Shown: piece by piece, positions 54,738 through 64,000 of the stretch
How positions within the stretch are numbered: position 1 is the stretch's first letter
Layout of the letters: each line of letters opens with the position of its first letter
Source of the DNA: the human T2T-CHM13v2.0 reference genome, Homo sapiens
Assembly (NCBI GenBank): GCA_009914755.4
Contig: CP068257.2
Span: forward strand, 19,328,001-19,392,000
Direction: 5' to 3'
DNA: 64,000 bases
Program-made: the position numbers and the translations under genes
The notes under the pieces: generated by a model
Databases searched by the model: none
What the model was told of the DNA's origin: nothing
Seen by the model: the letters and a program-made list of their open reading frames with translations, nothing else

Positions 54738-57643
54738 TGACCAACATTCAGTTTCCCTCTCAGGGCTGTCCTCCACTCTCAAGGACTTTCCCTTTCTTCC
54801 CTGACATTACTCGAACTGTTGTCTGGGCTCTGGTGGAAGCTTATTGTTGTTATTTTTCTCCACTTCTCTTCATCTGTAACTCACCTGTAGACCTTGGTTG
54901 TGCCTCCACTTTGTGCAGTGTCTGTACTAGCGGCATTTCACAGCGTGACCACAGCACAAGCACAGATGTTTCCGCAATTCTAAGTAAGGCTCCACCTCAG
55001 CTCCCACTGATCCAGTCGTGCCCAGAGGCTCAGCATGCTCTCCCTCGGGACTTGGCTGGTGGAGTTCCTCCCATAACCTGTGTTACCAGGTTTCCTGATT
55101 CGAGCTCTAGTGATGCCCCCAGCTAGTTCCGTAACAATATATTCTCTTCTAATGTATTCATCCTATTAAAGGTATTATAGGAACACTTTTTAAATATCTT
55201 CCACATTATAGTAGAGCAGTAAAGACATAGGGGAGAGGGAAAACTTGGACTCACTGTGGCCTAGTAGACTTCCCTATCTTTATACCCTCTGGAAGGCAGT
55301 CATTCTAGAGTACCGTCCATGCTTGTTGCAAAGACAAAGTCCGTTTATCCCTCAAATCTTTCTGTGGTGGTTATAGTAAAGATTGTGGCAGTAGGGTTGG
55401 TAAGGTAGGTTGGCCAGGTGTCTCCTGGGTCCCACAGAGAATTACAACACAGGAAAGGAAAACATAGTATGCCAAGAGACATTTGATGATCTTCTGCTTT
55501 CATCCTTCCCAGCAATTTATTGCATTCTTCTCTTTAAGGAAATGGGAAACTATACTTAAGCAAATGCATTCTTTTTCTATGGATCATTTTTTTTTTGTAA
55601 ATTCTTTGTTATGGGCCATTTAGTTATTGATATTTAAAGGGGTCCTTATTAAGAAAACATTCATCTCTTTGAAGCACATGGATTTGGGCTTTAAAACCCC
55701 AGCATTCAAGGCCATCCATTCTGCCATGCTCTATTTTAAAGTGTGCTGTGAAAAGCAAAGTTGATGATGACTTTTTTGGTTCTCAGCTTTTGCAGACCTC
55801 ATCAAGCAATGGGTGGCTTAGTTCACTTCCGTGTAAAGCCTGGAGAAACAAGCCTTAGAGAACTTGTTTAGAGAGTGAGAAAGACTCAATACATAGACAT
55901 GTAAGAATGAAATAGAAACAAACAGTAGGAGATAAAATTGAGTCAATGGTGATTGTTATGTTTATAAAAACTAGAAGGATTGATTTGATTCCCAACTTGC
56001 AATTCTAGAACAATTTTCCAGGGGTAGCTTTTTTAATCTTTCACAAGCTGGTATTTTTTAATCTATTCATTTATCCCAATTTATCTTATAAACCCAAGCT
56101 CAAGCCATACTTAATTTTTAAAAACACTTCTTAGTCATTTTAAACCATATTTCTCCATCTCTTATGAACGACTAGTACAAAGATTAGTACCGCTCATTTG
56201 AACATGTAATCTCATATAATCCAGTGTTAGAGTTTTTTAATTTTGTTAATCTCGTCCTCTAAATTTTATTCTAAGCTTCTTACATTCTAAGCTTTTTATA
56301 CACAGAAGTTTTATGTCATGCACATAGTAGATGTTCAGTAAATAGTTTTTGAAAAAATAAATGGATGATGCTCTGATATTGTTATTTATACTTAGAATAA
56401 AAGAAGAGATTGAAAACAGTAACACAAGAAATTTGGTTTATATAAAGTTAAATAAATATCTGGCTGTGATGGCTTTTATAAATGAACATATTGTACTGAT
56501 AAATGTCATAGAATGTAGTCTTGAAAGACTTTAAAGATAAGCGTGCCCTTTTATCTAATTAGAATAGTTTAGTTGAAAATAAAAGTAAAATAAGTTGTAT
56601 CCAAGTGTTTTAAAAAAATACATACTTAAAAAATTAAACTCATGTGTTTTTCCTTCTTTATTTAGATTAACTTAGTAGTTTATTGGAAACTTAATGAAGA
56701 ATATATACAACACTTTCCTTCTCAATACTTTACTTCCAGATTGTTAGAGAAGACAGCAAATAAAGGTAATAGTCAAACTCCTAGAAGACTTTGTGTATAT
56801 AATTTAGTTATTTTCATGTCCTGCCTAACTAAATTATTTTAATTTTTGCATGGCTTTAAATGTTCTATAGTAGAATTGATTTCAGTTATAAAAATAGGGA
56901 GTGGATTTTCAAGTATTACTATTCAGGTAAACAATATTTGAATTATTTTACTGCTAAAACTGTTATACTAGTTATACTTACACACAGGCTAATTCTTTGT
57001 GACCACCCTCTGTATCTAAAGAATAGATTAAAACATAGGTTACTATTTATTAATACAATTGCAAATTATTTTAACATAATTTCATTTCAATAGTCCATTT
57101 GTTTTCATGTAATATACAGTAATAATAATGAGTTTTTTTAATGTTTCACTTTGATGAAATGAATGTTAAAACTTTATAATCTGTTTTCAGTTGTGGGAAA
57201 TTTAGTTTTAACCGGGAAAAGGTGAGGATGTCAAGAAGTGATTGTCATAGACATGTAGATCTTACAATAATTAAATAACAAAAGCAGCAATAACAGAGGC
57301 ATAGCATAATAAAAGTTAGAGTAGAAGAAGTCAACCATTGTAAACATGTATTTGATTTTACATAAAATATTTACTTTAAAATGAGTTAATATTTATAGTC
57401 TAAAAATGTGAAAATACATATATGGTCATAGTCTGAAAGACATATATACAACAGTAAGCTTTATACCTAAATAAGAACATGGGAAGTAAGAAAGATAACT
57501 AGCACAAAAATCCAAACTGGCTGTTTTACTCCATTGAAAGTTGCATTTAATTTTGAGTTGACTGAGAAAGGAATAAGATGGGATATACTATAATTCTTAT
57601 TATGAAATGAGGTAACTGTACTAGTTATTAAGAAGGAATATTA

Positions 57644-57941
<298 letters not shown>

Positions 57942-58997
57942 AAGAAGGAATATTGAAATTAATTTATTGTGTGGTTCTTCAAGTTAGATAACTTTAAACA
58001 GCTTAATAGATGATGTCTCCCAAACTGGTTTTAGAAAAGATCCAAAACCTTTTTAATAGTATTATTTTAAATTAGCCATGGAAACAGCCTGGAGCTTAGT
58101 GGATTGTATTTGCCTATAATCTAATTTACTCATATATGCATACATGTATGCATATTATAAATATGGATATATTTGACACAAAGAAAGGAGCATTATTGTT
58201 TAGCATTTATTGTATATATATTTAGATATGTCATTCATATCTAATTTTTTACATTAAAGCAACAAGTTAAAATGTAATTTAAAGTGATGAATAATAAAAC
58301 AATTTTCACAAATATGTTTCTGAGGATTTTGGCTTTAATGTCGTATACTCATTTCTATTTGTCAAATCCTAGCTTTGTGAAACCACTGAGCCCTGTGGGT
58401 AATAAAAAGATGTATAAACCCTGGATCATTTTCTCAAGGGATTTACCATCCAAGCATCAGTAATAATACACTTGTTCCCAAAGCAATAATACAAAGAATA
58501 TGTGATATTCCATATAAGTGATGAAATGTGATGTCAGCCTGCGAATGCTATTTGATTGTATGTGTGTGCATGAATGCTGACAATCTGATTGAAACAATGC
58601 AGTCAAAATGAGTCTCTCACTCAGGAAGAACTATAAAATCAACCAGTTTTGTTCTGACACCTACAGGATATCAGTTCCTTTATGATACCACTATTTCTGG
58701 GAGCAGACACACACCTTGCTTTTGCACATGCAGTTTTCCCCTGGAACAAAGGAGATGGTTAGGTTTTGTGTTCTCCAAGAAATCCTGGGGGGGGAAAAAA
58801 CAGAGAAAATTGAAGTATTTATTTATAAAACATGCAAACTATTTTAATACAACATCCTGATTTTACAAATAAAGAGAAAAGAAATCCCTTAAAGGTATAA
58901 ATGACTTCAATTATCCACAGCCAGCACAGAGAATGGCTTGATCCTCAATCAGTTGTCCAACTTAAGTAGAAAAAAACTTTAAAAAATGTACATTGGG

Positions 58998-59307
<310 letters not shown>

Positions 59308-59493
59308 GTGTACAGTAGGAAAAAAAGGTTTTGTTTTGTTTTGTTTTCATTAAAAACTACTTTCAGGTCAGAATTTTATGTGCTTTAAAAGTTATTTTGA
59401 ATGTGCTAGATTATTGTTTGCATTCTTTCCTCTAAATACACACTATAGTCTTTTATTACAAAGGAAAAGGATTTAAAAATTAAGGACTATAAC

Positions 59494-59787
59494 TTTTTTT
59501 TTTTTTGAGATGGAGTCTCCCACTGTAGCCCAGGCTGGAGTGCAGTGGTGCAATCTCGGCTCACTGCAAGCTCCGCCTCCCGGGTTCATGCCATTCTCCT
59601 GCGTCAGCCTCTTGAGTAGCTGGGATTACAGGTGCCTGCCACCATGCCCGGCTAATTGTTTGTATTTTTAGTAGAGACGGGGTTTCACCGTGTTAGCCAG
59701 GATGGTCTCAATCTCCTGACCTCGTGGCCTGCCCACCTAGGCCTCCCAAAGTCCTGGGATTACAGGCGAGAGCCACTGCGCCCGGCC
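59494..59787 (-). mobile_element. Alu SINE (inverted relative to the Alu 187 bp upstream)
   Basis: T13 tail, gagatggagtctcccactgtagcccaggctggagtgcagtggtgcaatctcggctcactgcaagctccgcctcccgggttcatgcc...gagccactgcgcccggcc. Confidence 0.9.
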
Positions 59788-60778
59788 ATTTTTAAATGAT
59801 GTTCTATCTCCCCAGGACTGGCGGTTTCTGTGTATGAGAGACGTCATTTCTAAGATAGTGAGTGTCCCACTGTTTAATATTTTATGATTAGAGGAATTCA
59901 ATGTCTGTCATTTTAAATGTAGAAATTACTGTTATTAATGGTAAGAGTCTTTACTGAATATGAACAAAATGTATTAATTTTACTTGGAGTCAAACCACTA
60001 TATTTTTTTGTGTCCCAGGAATTTATTCTCCTATGTCCCAGGAATTTGTTCTCTTATATCAATATTCATTTTTTTCACAAAGAGGAGGCATTTTATAAGA
60101 AAAATAATGGAAATAACTAGTACTACTTCCTGGGCAAAGGATATGGTATTGCTGAGATGGAGCTAATAATTGGTGAACTGGCTATACATACTGGAGCTGT
60201 GAGCTGTTGTGTCTTTGAATGAGAGACTGGACTCAGATTAACTGATTGGCAAGTATACCCACAAGTATATGAGAAGTCTTGGCTGAAAATTGGTTAGCAA
60301 ATTGATAATGCCTTTGGGCAATTGATGTGAAGATAGAGTTTAGTGAGTTCAGGGAGGGTCAATATTTTTAATTGAATTGTGAATGACAACAGGAGTCAGG
60401 TGGAGAATAACCTAAAGCTTGTTTTATCTAAAGTCATTTAAAAGGCTCAAGGCGAGAAATAAGTTTGATGAGTGCTGAGCACTTGGGAAGTATCAGTGTG
60501 ACGTGGATTTGTTCTAGAGGTGTGATGATGGTGGTGAAGAGAGAAACTGACATGAACCTTGGAAGGAAGCAAGAGCCGGGCTCAGCATCTTCTAGCATTG
60601 TGGTAAAGGTTAATAAAAGAAGGCAATTAACTAGGGTTTATTTGAGAAAAGGAAGAGGTTAGAAAAGAAGGTCTAAGTGTTTTAAAGTTTGAGTTTAAAT
60701 GCCTACAATGAAAAATCTTCCAAGTCAAAAATACTTGAGATTATCTCCATGAAAACTTACTTAAAAATTTCAAAGTTA

Positions 60779-61041
<263 letters not shown>

Positions 61042-61257
61042 TTTTCAAATTTAGTATCTTTCCTGGATATCACGTAGTTTCTCTATTCCTAAGAAATTCT
61101 GTTTGATAACATAACCTGTAGTGATGTATTTGTGCACTTCTGTGACATTTGTTTTAACACATTTTGAGGAGAAAATATCTATATTTTTATTTTCACCATT
61201 TTCTTAATCCTATATGAGATTTTTAACCATGGCAAATGTTTTCTTTTCTTCTTCTTC

Positions 61258-61559
61258 TTTTTTTTTTTTTTTTTTTGAGACAGCATCTCATTCTGTTGCC
61301 CAGACTGGAGTGCAGTGGTGCAGTCTTGGCTCACCACAACCTCCACCTCCCAGGCTCAAGTGATTCTTCTGCCTCAGCCTCCTGAGTAGCTGGGATTGCA
61401 GGCGTGCTCCATTGCCACCCGACCAATTTTTGTATTTTTAGTAGAGACGTGGTGTCACCATGTTGGCCAGGCCGGTCTTCAACTCCTGACCTTAAATGAT
61501 TCACCTGCCTCAGCCTCCCAAAGTGCTGGGATTACAGGCGTGAGCTGCCGTGCCCGGCC
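61258..61559 (-). mobile_element. Alu SINE (inverted relative to the Alu 217 bp upstream), preceded by (TTC)n
   Basis: T19 tail, gagacagcatctcattctgttgcccagactggagtgcagtggtgcagtcttggctcaccacaacctccacctcccaggctcaagtg...gagctgccgtgcccggcc. Confidence 0.9.
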
Positions 61560-62225
61560 CAAAACTTTTATTTTCTGAGTTATAATTTTTTAATTGACTA
61601 CATGCAGTATTAATTTATTTATTTGACCCAGGCTATCTGGGGTATTAATTTATTTATATTTTCCATTGCTAGGTAAGGTGAGCTCATTCATGTATTTATT
61701 TATTTTAAAACATCTTTGGAGAGTCAACTGTTTACCAGTCATTATGGTAGCATTATGATAGAAATTTGGTTCATAGAGATGAATAAAACACTGTCTTTTC
61801 CTGCCAGGAACTATAAGTTTCATTCAGAGAAGTTACTTATGCAGATTGTTCCAATACAATTTCTAATTATAACCATACTCTCACATTTGGAAATAATTTG
61901 TAAACATGAGGTAATACTAATACAGCACTTCGTTATATTATTTGACTAGTCTGCTTTCAATTTATAGTGATTTCTTCAATGATAAAATATTAGACTATAG
62001 CTTAATTTCAAGCATGTTTGATCTCAAAGGAAGAACTATGAATAAAAATACTTCTATGGGCTTAACACCTACAGGGAGTTTACATTACAGGTGTTTAGCC
62101 TGGATACGTCATTTGATCCTTCTACACTTCCTTTTAATTACAGAGCCCATTATGCGTTAATATACATTATTTTGTAGTTACTTCAGTAATTTATAATATG
62201 TCAAAATTGAGTCCTGAATATGTAA

Positions 62226-62564
<339 letters not shown>

Positions 62565-64000
62565 TTGTTTCTTAAGTTTTAAGAGTGGACAAAGTCTTTG
62601 CTAAAAGATCTCTTATGCTCATTGGATTGTTGTTTTTACAATTTTGACATTTTCACATGTACCAAATTTGTTGTTTTGGTTCTCATTAGCAATGATGCAA
62701 GATTCCCAATTCCAGTCATCTTGTTATTGAACAAATAATGTTAAAATCATAATCCGATTCAAAAATTTATGTTGTGTGAAGCATATTTACTTATAAGATT
62801 CTTTAATGAGGCCTGACCAGCTCTTTCGAGAGAAAACCAAACACAGTGATTCACACTTCATAAACAGACCTTCAATCTAAATGAACTTGGATCATATGTG
62901 AGGTCACTTTGTTGTTGTTTGTTGTTCATCTTCTCAGCATCTCTTCGTTATTGCCAGAAAACTTTGGTGTGCAGCCTGCATATAATCAGGGACAGAAAAC
63001 TGCAGCATAGGCCACCTTAACTGAATTAAAATGAGACAGTGCAATGCAATATGCAGAATTACGCAAGACAAAAATATGAAATTGGCACACAAAATGCCCT
63101 AATAGTCTTTTATTTGTGCAATAACATAGATATGATTTGTCTATTATATTCTAATACTCTTCTGTAAAAATCAGTGTTTCCATATGAAGAATCAAAGACA
63201 CCTGGTCGTATTTAACATTCTGTTGGGGAGAGGGAAACAAAACAAGTGTATTTGGGGTGTGTGTTTAATATTATAATAAACATTTAAAAATTATGTAAGC
63301 TATCATCATAGGTATGTAATCCTTTTTTCATAAGTCTGAGTATATAAATTTACATTTAGTGTTAAAATTCAGCATGGAAAACTGTTATAATTTTTGACAG
63401 TATTTGAATGCAAACAGAGCCGTTTTTAAACTATCTTGAAATGTGGACTTAGAATGAAATGAGTAACATGTTTTAGTGTAGGTAACAAGGTTATGTGGTA
63501 ATTGATAAACAGAAACCCACAATCTTTGTTTTAAAAAACATATAAACTGTTCATTAACAAAGATATGCTTTTACACAAATATTTACAATGATCTTCTTTC
63601 TTCTTCTGTTTGACTTCCTACATTGTCCCAAATTTCAGTTATCTTATTTTTCAGATGAAATCTGTGACAGTGGTCAAGGTGTACTCTGACTTAATCACAA
63701 GCATTTAGTGCAATTCAGAGAACAATAGATTCTTTCTGATGTAAAATTCTTGGTTGTCATGTTGCTAGTGTGCTATTTGTGACCAGAATGGCAAGTAGTT
63801 TTAATCCATACGTCCTTTTTTCTGTGCTGGGATGCCTGCCAAACCTATGTCTGCGGTTAACTTTTGAGGTTGTCAGTTGGAGACAAATTTAGGAGCAGGA
63901 GAACTTAGGACAGTGGATTTGTAGTTAATGCATATGTCACAATAGCATTGCCTTTCAGAATTAGAAAACAAATAGTTATCTTCATAAACTTAACCTTTGC

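Noticed and set aside
54461-55126. 221-aa ORF, the longest in the track
   Set aside because: The first ~95 codons are antisense Alu (AQAGVQW...[15 protein letters not shown] is the classic Alu-encoded pseudo-peptide). The remaining 130 codons are a stop-free run in unique intronic sequence with no codon-usage signal. There is no splice-site context and no Kozak-supported ATG outside the Alu. Chance ORFs of this length are expected a few times in 64 kb x 6 frames. Worth a quick BLASTP, but I do not call it a gene.

Overview
This window is primate (human-type) nuclear genomic DNA, not a prokaryotic or viral locus. It is AT-rich and densely populated by primate interspersed repeats. I count 24 Alu SINEs, one roughly 6 kb antisense L1 carrying two nested Alus, a pair of inverted L1 fragments, and a near full-length Tigger1 DNA transposon with a decayed pogo-type transposase. 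Three LTRs are also recognisable (THE1-type MaLR, MST/MLT-type MaLR, MER41), along with many microsatellites. The only protein-coding sequence I can support is a 55-nt coding segment at 32950-33004 (+). It encodes the signal peptide MSLLLSFYLLGLLVSSGQ(A) and is followed immediately by a GTAGGA splice donor. From memory this is the N-terminus of human NCAM2 (neural cell adhesion molecule 2, chr21q21). On that reading the window is about 31 kb of gene-poor upstream flank, a roughly 1.6 kb CpG-island promoter (about 31.5-33.1 kb), exon 1, and about 31 kb of intron 1. The CpG island contains an unusual composite (CAGTAT/CAGCAT)n(CAGCT)n microsatellite and a (GCC/GCT)n triplet tract just upstream of, or inside, the 5' UTR. 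I found no tRNA, rRNA, CRISPR array or prokaryote-style operon, and no evidence for a novel defence-type system. Nearly all ORFs in the six-frame track fall inside Alu, L1, LTR or low-complexity sequence, or inside the GC-rich CpG island, and I treat them as spurious. All repeat-family and gene identifications rest on my recall of consensus sequences and need alignment-based confirmation.
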